Shown here: in pieces, positions 34,890 to 46,331 of the stretch | How positions within the stretch are numbered: the stretch's first letter is position 1 | How the letters are laid out: each line of letters begins with the position of its first letter | Assembly: GCA_977016875.1 (NCBI GenBank) | Contig: CDRNST010000175.1 | Coordinates: forward strand, 1,364,001 to 1,428,000 | Direction of reading: 5' to 3' | Length of the DNA stretch: 64,000 bases | From: Pavona decussata | Lineage: Eukaryota | Position numbers and translations under genes: made by a program | Notes under the pieces: generated by a model | What the model was told of the DNA's origin: nothing | Seen by the model: only the letters and a program-made list of their open reading frames with translations | Databases searched by the model: none

Positions 34890-35045
34890 TAGTTTAATAG
34901 CCTTAGCTCCCGTGAGTCTTGTGTAGCTCAGTGGTAGAGCATCTGAACTAGAATTTGGAAAGTCATAGGTTCGACTCCTGATAGGAGCACTCAGATTTTT
35001 TTCCGAGTAAGCCTGTGTCATTTACTGATTAATATATCATTCTCA
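34890..35045 (+). mobile_element. tRNA-derived repeat
   Basis: A box TAGCTCAGTGGTAGAGC and B box GGTTCGACTCC; acceptor stem does not pair well. Confidence 0.6.
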
Positions 35046-35387
35046 ATAATATTATTGTTGCCAGTGAACAAATTATTTGATTTGTTTCAATGTTAAAAAA
35101 AGCAAAATTTTGGATTGCTAAGTGAAAGCCTCAAATTAACATAAAACATCAAAATTGCACAGTTTTATTCCCTGAGACAATGTTACCAGTATAATTTTGA
35201 AAACTGGTGTGATATGACTAGCTTCACTGGGAGATCACAGCTTATTTTAAAGTAGTAGTTGAAAATTACAAATTAAAAACAATTTCTTGGGTACTCCATT
35301 ATTATTTTTTTCACTGACCACCTCCCTCCTCAAGTCATACCCTCTGACTGCCTGAATAACTGAGCAAAGAATTTTTTGTCTGAGCAA

Positions 35388-35525
35388 TGTTTAGTTTAGC
35401 GAGAACATGCAGTCGTGAAGCACTGCATCCTGTTATTTTAATGGCTGCTCAGACCTACGACAGCAACTTTTGAACTGACTCTGACACCCAAACGAGGCAT
35501 GCCACAGACAATGCATATTGTTACA
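35388..35525 (-). repeat. 3' LTR
   Basis: 138-bp direct repeat of 41164-41299; by eye about 11 substitutions and one 2-bp indel. Confidence 0.9.
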
Positions 35526-36124
35526 TCCTTTTCCTTATAACAGCAAAACAAAAAAAAGCAAACAAAGAAACAAACCAAAGAAAACAAAAATATAGCAAAC
35601 AACACCAACTAGTTAAACCTCTGTACAACCTTTAAGATTGTTACAAATAAACTTCCAATGAGTGATGTCACACAATCCTTTAGATAAAGTTTCAGCAAGT
35701 TACTATACATAATCCTTCAGATAACCCAGCCTCCTAAATACTCTGCCCGAACGTGTCGTTGCGCCTTGCACAGGTAACGCAAGAGGCTCCGGATTCCCAA
35801 ATGGCAAAACAGGCTCATTGGTTGCATCAGCTTGACTACTGGGGGCGTCTGTCTGGATACATGGCACGGTGGGCTCATGACTCGTCTGTCCCCATTCAGG
35901 AAAGGACATTAACTGCTTACTCGGTTGCTTAGCGCCTTCTTCAGCCACTGAACTAGGTTTAGGACTCTCGCAGGGCTCCTTTGTTTTTCTTAGGTGGCGC
36001 TGATTGCGACGATATATCTGGCTACATCATTGGTAACCACCTCGTAGGACCGAGTTCCAACACATCTCTCAACTCTTGCCTTCACAGCTTCTTTAGTCGA
36101 CTTTCCAGGTGGCATGAATCGCAC

Positions 36125-39100
36125 AGTACTATATCCCGACCCATACTTACAGTAAAAGATAGGGAAAAACCCGTGACAGGGCTCGAGACTGAGTAAGTAT
36201 GGGTTGGATTGAGGGAGGGCGGGTGGGGTTTGCGCCAGCCGTGATGGTGCGCAGAGGGAACCACAGGTTTGCTCTCGGGTACCCCTAGCTCCACAGTGTG
36301 TTGAGTAAAAGGGTAGCGTGACAGGTGAGATAGTATCTTTCACAGTGTGCACGAGTCGGGACAGTACTGTATCCCAACCCATACTTACAGTAAAAGGTAG
36401 GGCAAACCCTGTGAGGGTTGCCCTAAGTGGTACAGGTATGCTCCCCTGCACCCCGACCCCCATGAGAAATACCCAATCCTAATACCAATCCTAAATTCCC
36501 ACTCCCCAAAACTTCCTATATAGGGCACAAAAATGGACACTGGCCTAGGTGGAGCGTGGAACTATAGGGACTAGGGTCCTTTGTTGGTCCTCTTCCTTGG
36601 TAAGCAACGCGTAGGTGTCACTGCTGTCTTTAAGTAGGGTGGAAGGAAAGCCGGTTCAAAGCCGTTGGGTTGATTGAGTTCTTCATACCAAGCAGAGGTA
36701 GTAGGGGTAGCCTGGGCCATGTGGGAAGTGACAGAATCCGTTTGCAGAGACTTATGCAGCTGGAGGTAGTACCTGGCCATGCTGTGGGAGCACCACCCAA
36801 CATGTTCCACAATATCGTTGAGGGAACTCCCAGTGAGGGCCATGGTGATAGCCCCACCATAATGGAAACTGTAGAGGGTCTTATTTGTGAGCCGGGCTGC
36901 TTCGAGGTAACACTTGAGGCGTGCCTCAGCTACGTCAGTTGAAAATGGTTCAGTGAGGACCGAGCTGCCTGGGGTGGCCTGAAAAAGGGGACCAGTATGA
37001 ACAGATATGCTAATTGCCGTGCATATGGAACTGTAGTCGTCCAGGGCCTGCACAGGACAGATGAAGGAGTTTGGGTGGCGTGCCACCGCAAAGACGTCCG
37101 AGTTCCCAGAGCGTAAGGTTTTTCCAAACACGTGGTTAAAGAGGATGCCTTTATCATTGGGGAACTGCAAAATCTCGGATGTTTTAATATGCGTGAGGTC
37201 TGATGGCCTGTCCCCAGAGAAGAAGTGTAGTTTGAAAAAGGGCTAAGTCTCTCGCATGAATGTAGAGGTGAATCGGGTCCTTGCTGGCCGCGCGCAATCT
37301 GGCATCAATCGTTCTGCATAGGAAAAGGAGGTCTGCGATAAAGAGAGGCTCACCTGTTGGGGGATTGCCCGTGCCCTTAGTTGTTCTTCCGTCACAGCAT
37401 TCAGATATTGTTTTACTGCCAGGTGTGCTGCGGGGTTAGGCGTCTGCTGGCTCGAGGGTTAGGACACACATGCTCCTAAATGGTCTCGAAGTACAGCTCG
37501 TATCTGACCAATATACGAATCTACAGTCTTGAAGGCAAGGCGGCGAGGACACCCGCAAGACTGTACTTGGTGAGCGGCCGAGCCTAAGTAACTGCAGCCG
37601 TCCTTGTGGACTTGGGTCTTTGAATCCTTGTCTTTCCATACCAGGGGTCACATTATGTAGATTTTTTGGAGGGGAGAAACGTGTCAGGAAGGATGAAAAC
37701 TCCTGTTCTAGGCACTGCGCTTTCTGCAGTATTTCGACGAGGCTAAAACAAGGTCCAGTTCCTGCCAGCGGGACGCAAGGGGACTGGTGTAGCCGATGGA
37801 AGAGGACGGGGAGTACCACACTGTTGGCAATGCCGGAACTGGAGGTCGTTAGGGGCAAAACATTGACCACGCTCAATTTGTACAGCGGGCCTCCATAATG
37901 TGAGCATAGTGGGAGCCAACTAACAAGAAAAAGACAAAAGTAAGTAGCCTTGTTGTCAGGCGCCCTAATCGGTGGTGCACCCCCTGGGGATGCAAAAAAC
38001 CCACAAGTCCCACGCCAGCGGGAGTGTACGCGGCTGGTGGAAACCGTGCTTTTTGGATGGCCAGCGGAGGAACACCTGATCCCCCTTCTTAGCGACGAGG
38101 TGTCTCTCACTAGCCCTCTGACACAATATAGGCCACCAATAAGGTCTCGGGATGATGCTGGGGGCAATGACGGAGCCTTCGCACCCGTCATAATGAGGTG
38201 GCAGAGTGCTGGGCCAATGATATGGAGTGGAGGGAAGAGGTAGCCATTCTCCTTGCGCCCTTACAAGCTCAGGCGCAGATTCTGCACAAAAAAATTTACC
38301 CCGCTTGATTGCAAGGTTGGGAAGGGCCTGTAGTGCTGGGGGCATTGACTGTTGGAGTCTGGGGCCATGAGGTTGATGGTGTGGGGCCCTGCCAAGAATG
38401 CGACTCTTTCCCAGGACTTGGGGGAAAGAGAGACATTGTCATCTGACCAAGCTCTGGATGGTTCGTCAGCAGGGTTGGAGGAACTTGGAACCCATTGTAA
38501 GTGAACTGCTATATTGGAGCGCAGGGTAGTTTCAAAGATGTCTTTTATGGCCTGGTTGACACCTTGGTTCCTGCACCTGCTGCGCAGCCATGTGTGGTAG
38601 AGGCCTTTGCTGTCCACTATAGAGTCCGTGCGTGCGTGTTCGAGATGAGAAGGTCTGAAGTGCTCTGAGGAGAGCGTGTGCCTCTTTAGTGGCGATATCC
38701 TGTCCCAGGAGGGATGGATCAAAGTAGTCTCCTGACTTGATGATGTTTCCATGAAGAGAGAGGGTCACACCCCAGCCGCACTGTGAAGCATCAGACCCGA
38801 TTGGGTGTACTACTTTATGATCTACCGAGCGCCAAGGGACACATCCAGTCCAAGTGTCGACAAAATGCCAGTGAAGGATTTCTTTGCGCAGATCACCCTC
38901 TACTTTGACCGATGATTTGTATTGGCGCTGGCAACGTGAAATAGTGTGTGCTGTCGCACGAGTATAAAGCTGTGCCGCGGGAACCATTCATATAAGGGAA
39001 ATGCATTTTCCTTGAAACCGTTGCAGAGTGGACAGCGTGACATATTTCTTAGAAAGGATTTCTTCCCTTAGAATAACAAACTTTTGTTGTTTCTCCTTGG

Positions 39101-40655
39101 GAATTGAAAATGTCTGGCGTATTGTATCGACACGGTGGCCCAAGAAAACAAGCTTCTGAGTAGGGAGAGGTACACACTTTGCTAAGTGCAAGAAGTATCC
39201 CAGTTGTGTCAATAGCGAGGCTCCCACAAAAAAGGTGCAGTTCGCCACGTCGAAGCTTGAGCAGCGCTCCAGGCCGGATGGCTGTAGTTGGCCGAGGTGC
39301 CGATCGTCGATATATTGAGAACAGGGCACGCCCAATTCCCATATAGCGTGTGTGGCTACCAGGCCCAAGGTTTGATAGACATAGGGGCTTTCTTTCCAAT
39401 GCTGGGGTAAGGTTTGCCATACAAGCCACCAGCCACCCCACTCTGCGCCCATGCATCGTTGACTATCCTCTGATATCAAGAAGTGATCAAAGCCTGATTT
39501 GTCGTCCATTTTGGTGTGGAATGATTTAGAGGAGAGGTACCGTGGGAGGTTAACGACTTGATCCAAGGTGAACGGGCAGGAGCGCATGAAACAGTTGAGA
39601 TACTGTTGATTGTGTACCAAGTGAGGCTTTGATGGCTCGCTGCTTAATGGCATGACAATGGCAGGGGGACGGGTTTCCCCTACTCCCCCCAGCACTTTCA
39701 GAGCTCCCATTGCAATCTTTGTTTCAATCTCTTTTGAGATGATGTCACGGTAAAACGTACACTTCTTGTTGTTGGGATAATGTCGGTTAGGAGGGAACGT
39801 GTTGTTGAATGACGATATGCCTTCAGCTCGTCACGTAACGACCGATAACGACGGGCATGATCCACTCTGGAGAGTGCCGATACCTTCCCCTTTAACTGTT
39901 TTAAGAGTATAACCAGCTCCAGTTGGATAAGACAATAAAGATAGCATAAACAGCGCCCGATGCAGATATAACTGAGTTGTATCTGCCGGTGGTATACCGT
40001 GTTGGCTAATCTGGTAATTTCAAAGGCAGTAAGCACAGTTGCAACTGCATCTCAGTGTTGTACTCCTGACGATGTCACGGGTGAGGGGGGTGTAAATGGT
40101 GAAACGTCCCCTCTCCGAAGCAAAGTATACAGGAAAATAACAAAACCCATAAAACAACACCACATATATTGTAATATGAGGAGATGGGAAAGGGGCGGTG
40201 GGGGCGATATCTTACAAACCCCGGCATCTAAAGTATGTGCAGTGAAAAACATGTACTTGAGTAAGGCAGATGAAAAACAAACGAGATCACGCATAGACCG
40301 GGGTTCGCATGAGAGTCACACTTGGGACTATGCATTTGTGGATCATAAAACACTGAAAATGAGGCACCAACAGTTCTCAATTGGACGCACTTAATTAACC
40401 CTTCGTTAGCTCATAGCACAGAGAAAACCCTAATATTGATAGTAATTCTGTGCAGGTCACGTCATTCAATTCACTTGAATTGTCGCCATTTGCTCATATA
40501 CCCAGTGCACTACTTGCCAGTTCTAGAGATGGCTGCGTATTGGTAGATTCTTAGTGCGCCCAGCGCACGTGTGTGCCAGTTTTAGCCATGGCCGCCCATT
40601 CAGTACATTCTCAGTGCGCCCAGCGCACGTATGTGCCAGTTCTAGCAATGGCCGC
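36125..40655 (-). mobile_element. degenerate DIRS/PAT-type tyrosine-recombinase retrotransposon
   Basis: RT 38988-39710 (DDKSGFDH, YIDD); RNase H about 38440-38987 (SDAS, KEAHAL, NPADEPSR); MTase-like about 38200-38400; YR about 36571-37900 (FGKTLR...HVGW...ARYY); frameshifts and stops; about 55-bp direct repeats at 36122 and 36360; ends approximate. Confidence 0.85.
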
Positions 40656-41115
40656 AATATTCATTGACTTTGCTTTCACTCTCTGATTCCACGAGATTTA
40701 CTTTCGTTTTAGTAAAGCATTGTGATGCGAAATGATTCATTCTCCCACAAAACGAGCAAATCTTTCCGAACGCTGGGCAACTTTTCTTGGCAGCCCGGTG
40801 TTTCCTGCCACAGAATTTGCATCTTTGTATTTCTTTACGGCTGAAATCTTTCGCCTCCTGCTCATGAGTTTCGCGCCTTTTGTTGTACGAATTGTCACGC
40901 CTCTTGTTAACAGGCACCTTGTCTCGCTTCATTTGCTCCTTCCAAAGTTTTAGTCCGTGTTTTCGATAACTCAGCCGCTCTACAAACGCTAAGGCATCTT
41001 TGTAAATCAAGATCTGGGATCTTAAGGAGCTCTTCGCGAAGCTGTCGGTTTTGGATTCCACAAATGATCTGGTCTCTCACCAGTGAATCTTTAAGATCAC
41101 CGAGGCTACAGGAGG

Positions 41116-41163
41116 TCTGGTCTCCGAATGGAGGCGTGGGTTCATATCCCACTCCTGACACCA
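41116..41163 (+). other. reverse-transcribed 3' half of mature tRNA-Leu including CCA (extended PBS)
   Basis: TCTGGTCTCCGAATGGAGGCGTGGGTTCATATCCCACTCCTGACACCA = 3' anticodon stem, long variable arm, T arm, acceptor strand and CCA of a metazoan tRNA-Leu(CAA)-type tRNA. Confidence 0.8.
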
Positions 41164-41299
41164 TGTTTAGTTTAGCAAGAACACGCCGTTGAGAGGCACT
41201 GTGTCCTGTTATTTTAATGGCTGCTCAGACCTAAGACAGCAACTTTTAAACTGACTGACACCCAAACGAGGCATGCCACAAACAATGCATATTGTTACA
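41164..41299 (-). repeat. 5' LTR
   Basis: Direct repeat of 35388-35525, followed on the minus strand by TGGTGTCAGGAGTGGGAT. Confidence 0.9.
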
Positions 41300-42399
41300 A
41301 GTAAGATGAGAGTATTAGTGAGAATGTCCTGTGAATGATGGGACAGAAATGGAGATCCTCAAAAATGTGATGATTGTAGGTCCAGATAAAACCTCTTCCA
41401 TTGTGCTGGCGGTTGTTTCGCCTGAAAGTCCACTTGCCCAAAAGCGTTTCACCCGAACTTACGTCAATTCACCCGACGAAATACAAGATGCTAATGAAAC
41501 GTGGATTCCATGTGGTTGTTGGGATGCTGAAAAACGGCCAGAGATCTGAACGATCCAAGTGATCTCGATGATCATATGGAAACCATCCGTAAGTTAGGAC
41601 TTAAATAATATTAAGTATTATGTAATATTTAAGTGAGGTATATTATACCTCAGCGATCGTTTACCGTCGAATAGTTGTTATGAAAAGTTAGAAAAGCCGG
41701 AACGTTTGCTACAGGCAAAGGTAGGTTATTTGAAAACCATGACATATTTTCCAAACAATTGCTGATTTAAGGCTTTGGTAAACGCGACAAAAAATATTCG
41801 CACTCGTGTAAACAAAACATTCACAGCCGGACAAAAAAATTAAGTTAAGATGCACGGCGCATCACAGAAATTTCCCCAGCTAGGATTGCCTTGATTTAAA
41901 AAATATTTTCCTGTTTCAAGCGATTTTTTAGCCCCAGTAAGCTGCAGTAAGAGATTAATATAGATTTTTTGGATGATTGCTTGACAGGATGTTCTTCTTT
42001 TTTTTTTTCAATTCGCATGGAATCGAAACACCAAGGGAACAAACGTGTACATGTCAAGAATGCCATCTGTTTATTACATACTCTTTGCATCGTATACAAT
42101 TTACTAAATTATACATCCTAGGTAATACATTAGTGTATAAAATGAAAAAACCTATCTACTAAACACTGAACCCTGCTGAACCGATGCTAAACAACAAACT
42201 ACTACTTTCTAATGAAATGAGATACTTACAGCTGTAGATATTCTAGAGTTATATCTCAGAATTCTAAACTAGAGTTGTCATTTCCATAAAAATATAAAGC
42301 GATTGGTGTGCCTTAATTGAACGTAAGTTGCTTTGCCAATGCGAAGTTGATGAAACGTGCATCAACAGCGTTGAGATGACTATTTTTCTTTAAATTGAA

Positions 42400-42538
42400 T
42401 TATAATATCTAATTACATTGAAATATAACTGACTTATGTATAAAAGACTACCATTTTTTTGAGCAAGTGTCCCCATGTTCTCAAACGGCTAACCTTATCT
42501 AGTGTGCTTGAACCGGACCATTTAGGTGAGATTAAGTA
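42400..42538 (+). repeat. 139-bp direct repeat, copy 1
   Basis: Near-identical to 45051-45189. Confidence 0.9.
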
Positions 42539-43444
42539 TCTTAAACATATATTGATCATCACTTGTTGAATTGTTACTGAATATCACTGCAAAATCTACA
42601 TACTCATTACCCCACATCTGTTTTTTGACTTTGTCCGACACTCTGTGGGACAAGGGAACAGCACCAGAAACAAATGTATTCTTACTACTTGGAGGTTCTT
42701 TGGCTCCTTCCACTAGGTTGGCTGTAACCTGTTGAACTGCTGCTTGAACGGATGATTGGCCTACAGCTCCCTCTTGTGGATGGCTGCCCACACTGTTGGT
42801 CTGTGGCACATCTGAGACAAACTGTATTCTTGGTTGACTTGGTACTTGTGTATTAGGGATGCTGATCCCTGCCTCTTGTAAACTTTTCTGCACTGCTGCT
42901 GCTATGGAGTTTCCTAAATTAGCCAGCCAGGCTGCATTAACTCTTTGCTCATTCTGTGCTGGCAGTGGATTGGCCCCTGCCAAACTCTGTGGAGTCTCCG
43001 CTGTAGCTGGCTGAATGGTAAGCTGGCTCGGGTGAGGATCATTTTCCTGGATATGCCTCCTTCGGGCCACTGTAGTTGTGTAGCTGGCTTTCCTTTTTGG
43101 TGGCATACTGTTAACAAATGTTGACAATGTTTAGTATAACAGTTTCCCACCTAGCCAGAGCCTGTTAAGGCTTTCATTGTACTGTATGACCCCGAAAAGT
43201 GGGGAAACATTAATACCTGAAGTATGTATTGTTGACTTGTTAAGTCACCGGTAAGTATATTCTTACTCTGCCAGCGGCACTGTTATTGCATGATTGGCTC
43301 GAGGAACATAGCCCCTGCCGAAAAATTACCATGCCAGACATGGCACACTTTTACCCCAGGAAAAATGCTAGGTCCACCCATTAATGTTAGGAGTATATCC
43401 CCCACGAGCTCTCCCCTAACCTTTGGTACGCTAAATGACACTTA

Positions 43445-43660
43445 ACATTTTGAGACACAGTCTCACGGGACACCATACCATGGGAGTTAATGGGTGACTT
43501 GTACCCTCAAACAAATTATTTTGAGACACAGTCTCACGGTACACCGCACCACGGGAGATAATGGGTAACTCGTACCCTAAACAACAACATTCTGAGACAC
43601 AGTCTCACGGTACACAGTACCACGGGAGATAATGGGTAACTCTTACCCTGAACAATAACA
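43445..43660. repeat. tandem repeat, 3 x about 71 bp
   Basis: Each unit has TGAGACACAGTCTCACGG...GGGAG.TAATGGGT.ACT..TACCCT. Confidence 0.85.
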
Positions 43661-44121
43661 TGGGGGAGGGAGGGGGGTTGGGAAGGAAGGGGTACTCTCA
43701 CATGAACCTATTTTGATACCATCCCCAACCAGTACCCTCGCACAAATAACATGATCCCCAAGCTGGCAATATAATAATGTCAACTCAATAAGAATGTTAT
43801 AGACACTAACAATCTTCATTTATCCTCATAGGAAGTAAAGGAATCTAAAACTATACAGCAGGCTTTGTTCTAACTTGAAAGGTTTGCTCTAACTTTAAAG
43901 ACCTTGACAAACTGGTAATATATCTCTGTGAAATCATAATAATTTTCAAAACACTAACGCTCTTTCACTTATCACAAGAAGTAAATTGTCTCACAATACT
44001 ATACAGTAACCATCTGTTTGGGTTGCTTTAAGTTGAAAGTAAGAGTAAATGACAATCTAATATCACTGCGAACTAAAATACGAGCCCTGTAGCAGAAGCT
44101 ATGATGTGATTCGAGTTAAGA

Positions 44122-44727
44122 CTAAATGCCATGCTCATCTCTTTTCCAGTTCAGGGCGAATAAAATAGCCCCTCGGTAGCTGCGGTACAGCGCTTGATGG
44201 CCTTCATCGTTCAAGTGAATTCCATCCCGTGTAAAAATGTTGCGCAACAAATTACATAATCCCCGGTGTAACCAGAACTTTGCCCCATCAATGCCTTTAA
44301 CAGCTTCCTTTAGTAAGCCATTTAAGCGCCAAACCCTTTCGTTGTATTCCGCGAATGGCTGGTTTTCCCTGGGCAAGACTTGGCACAAAACTAAACATCG
44401 CAGCTTTAAATCTTTTATAAGAGTCTCAACTAGCGCGAGAATCGATAAAGCGACCGTATCCGGCTCCTCTTGTTCGTCGCCTAGATCGTTCGAGCCAATG
44501 TCAAGAATTATGACATTGGGGGCAGTACCCCGAATAGCTTGTAAATCAAACTTTATCAGTTTGTCCACTGTTCTCCCCCTAATTCAGATTGTCTTGACGT
44601 TACACGTGTCATCCACACCAAAGGTGGGTGAATATAAACCACTGTCTTGGTTTTGTTCGATGAATTGGATCATTCGCACGAAGGAATGGCCAACCAACAA
44701 AGCACATGGCAGCGGACTGCAAGCCAT
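44122..44727 (-). pseudogene. SGNH/GDSL hydrolase (retrotransposon-associated)
   Basis: Blocks GHSFV, GRTV, IGSND, DGIH; a single in-frame TGA at 44584-44586. Confidence 0.8.
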
Positions 44728-45050
44728 CAAATCGCCTTGCACGCCTTACTGCGCGAGAAATATTCGTCCCAGTTAAGAACAACGTTTATACTTAACTTTT
44801 TGGCATCTGCTCACTTACTTTATGAGATCTCTCTACCAGTGAAGAAGACAAAGCTTGCAAAGTATGAACTGCACAAAAATTGCGAACTGCTACTAAAGCT
44901 CGAGTTTGGAAAAGAGGACAGTGACCTGGCCTCATCTGCTTAAATATTAGATTATCAAAGACCTGGATGACCCCCTACTCTTTGCTGGGAGACTGGCACT
45001 AACAAGCAGCATAAAATCATTTATTCCCCATGTTGGCTGAATAAATCTCC

Positions 45051-45189
45051 TTATAATATCTAATTACGTTGAAATATAACTGACTTATGTATTAAAGACT
45101 ACCATTTTTTTGAACAAGTGTCCCCATGTTCTCAAACGGCTAACCTTATCTAGTGTGCTCGAACCGGACCATTTAGGTGAGATTAAGTA
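45051..45189 (+). repeat. 139-bp direct repeat, copy 2
   Basis: Near-identical to 42400-42538; contiguous with the MULE transposase 3' end. Confidence 0.9.
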
Positions 45190-45970
45190 ACTGCTGAGCT
45201 GTTTTTGCTTTTGTTGCATAATCTTCCCAGACATCAAAGATCTTGGTGTGAAGGCGGCGATAAGTTTTTCAGTGAATTCGCTTCAGTTTACCATCGGAGA
45301 ATAGTCTGACCTGGTCAGCGGAGAGTTTGGCTTCCCTGTGGAGCTGTTGGCTTGGAGGTAGAATGGAATGTGGACTCTTCCTCCAGTGCAACGGTTAAGG
45401 CCGTTGTGCCACCCTTCGATGTCATTGTTCGTTAGAATGGTTTGAACGTAAACAGTCCACTCTTTGGGCAGGAAGGTGGTGCTGAAAATACATGTGAAGG
45501 CGATGTAGTTTACCAACTCCATCAGCAGATTGGTAGTAGCTCGCAACTGCAGTCTTGTGAATGCTGAGGGTATATCTGAAGCTGGTAAGAAGGAAAGTAC
45601 CATCAATTTTCTTATGTAGCGATATGTTCCGTTGTCTTCGTCATAAGGAACTGCAAGCCCAAGCTCTTGAACCTACGAAAAGCTTTATAGATGTATATTT
45701 ATAATACAAAAATTACATGGTGGCTTGAACATATGAATTTTAGTTTTTGCTTGTGCGCTTGTCGCAAAATATTGTTTGCATGAAATAACATAGCATATAA
45801 CATAACAGAAAGTAACACATGTTGCTTTCTCTTTGCCGGGTCTTGTGAAATAAAGATAACTAACCTTCCTCCACACTGCTTGAGTCCAGTGGAATGAGCA
45901 GCCCATGATGTTGACATTGTCGACGACAGATGTCATGGCTGACCACAGGGCTTTTTCAAATTCCAAAACC
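45150..45970 (-). pseudogene. MULE/Mutator transposase fragment with intron
   Basis: FEKALWSA...GCSFHWTQAVWRK | VQELGL...LMVLSFLP...TNNDIEGWHNGLN; intron about 45673-45864. Confidence 0.82.
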
Positions 45971-46331
45971 TCTTTTTGGTTTAATGCAACTCCTTGCTTC
46001 TCAATTCTTGATCCTTGATTCTTGCGTCTCGACACTTGAATGTTGAGACATTCAAGACACGAGTTTTGAGGATCGAGTCAAGACTGTCAACTTACTTTTG
46101 AGCGGTACTGTACTCTAGACAAGGCTTTTCCCTCTGTTTGGCTGTATCACTGCTCTACTGGTGACAAACTACAGCTTGCATATGCAACCTGGCGTGATGG
46201 ATCCATTAGGGTGCACATTAGTCAGCCCACCGCTGATTCCAATTTTACAAGCATCGTGACATACTTGGGTGGGTAGGGAGGGGTCAAAATGAGCTAGAAC
46301 AGTGTTGCTCGATATGAGGTTGCACAACTTC

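Larger units (their letters stand above)
35388..41299 (-). mobile_element. Gypsy LTR retrotransposon, internally deleted, host of a DIRS-type insertion
   Basis: LTRs 35388-35525 and 41164-41299 (TGT...ACA); TSD AGCAA/AGTAA; PBS next to 41163; PPT next to 35526; gag 40656-41110 (RDQIICGI...CKFCGRKH...CSFCGRMNHFASQC); pol C-terminus 35703-36125 (TTRSGR...YLKDYV). Confidence 0.9.
42539..45050 (-). mobile_element. Ngaro/DIRS-type fragment: SGNH hydrolase ORF plus truncated gag-like ORF
   Basis: SGNH 44122-44727 and gag-like 42539-43127 (PLSHRVSDKVKKQMWGNEYVDF). Confidence 0.65.

Noticed and set aside
34914-34990. Functional tRNA gene
   Set aside because: A and B boxes are present but the acceptor and anticodon stems pair poorly; repeat context.
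37436-38191. 251-aa ORF as an independent gene
   Set aside because: It is an alternative frame over the frameshifted DIRS MTase/YR region.
43445-43660. CRISPR-like array (hairpin repeats)
   Set aside because: The intervening sequences are also near-identical, so there are no unique spacers; no cas genes; eukaryotic context.
42400-45189. Direct repeats as LTRs or Ngaro split direct repeats
   Set aside because: No TG...CA, PBS or PPT, and the repeat encodes the end of the adjacent MULE transposase.
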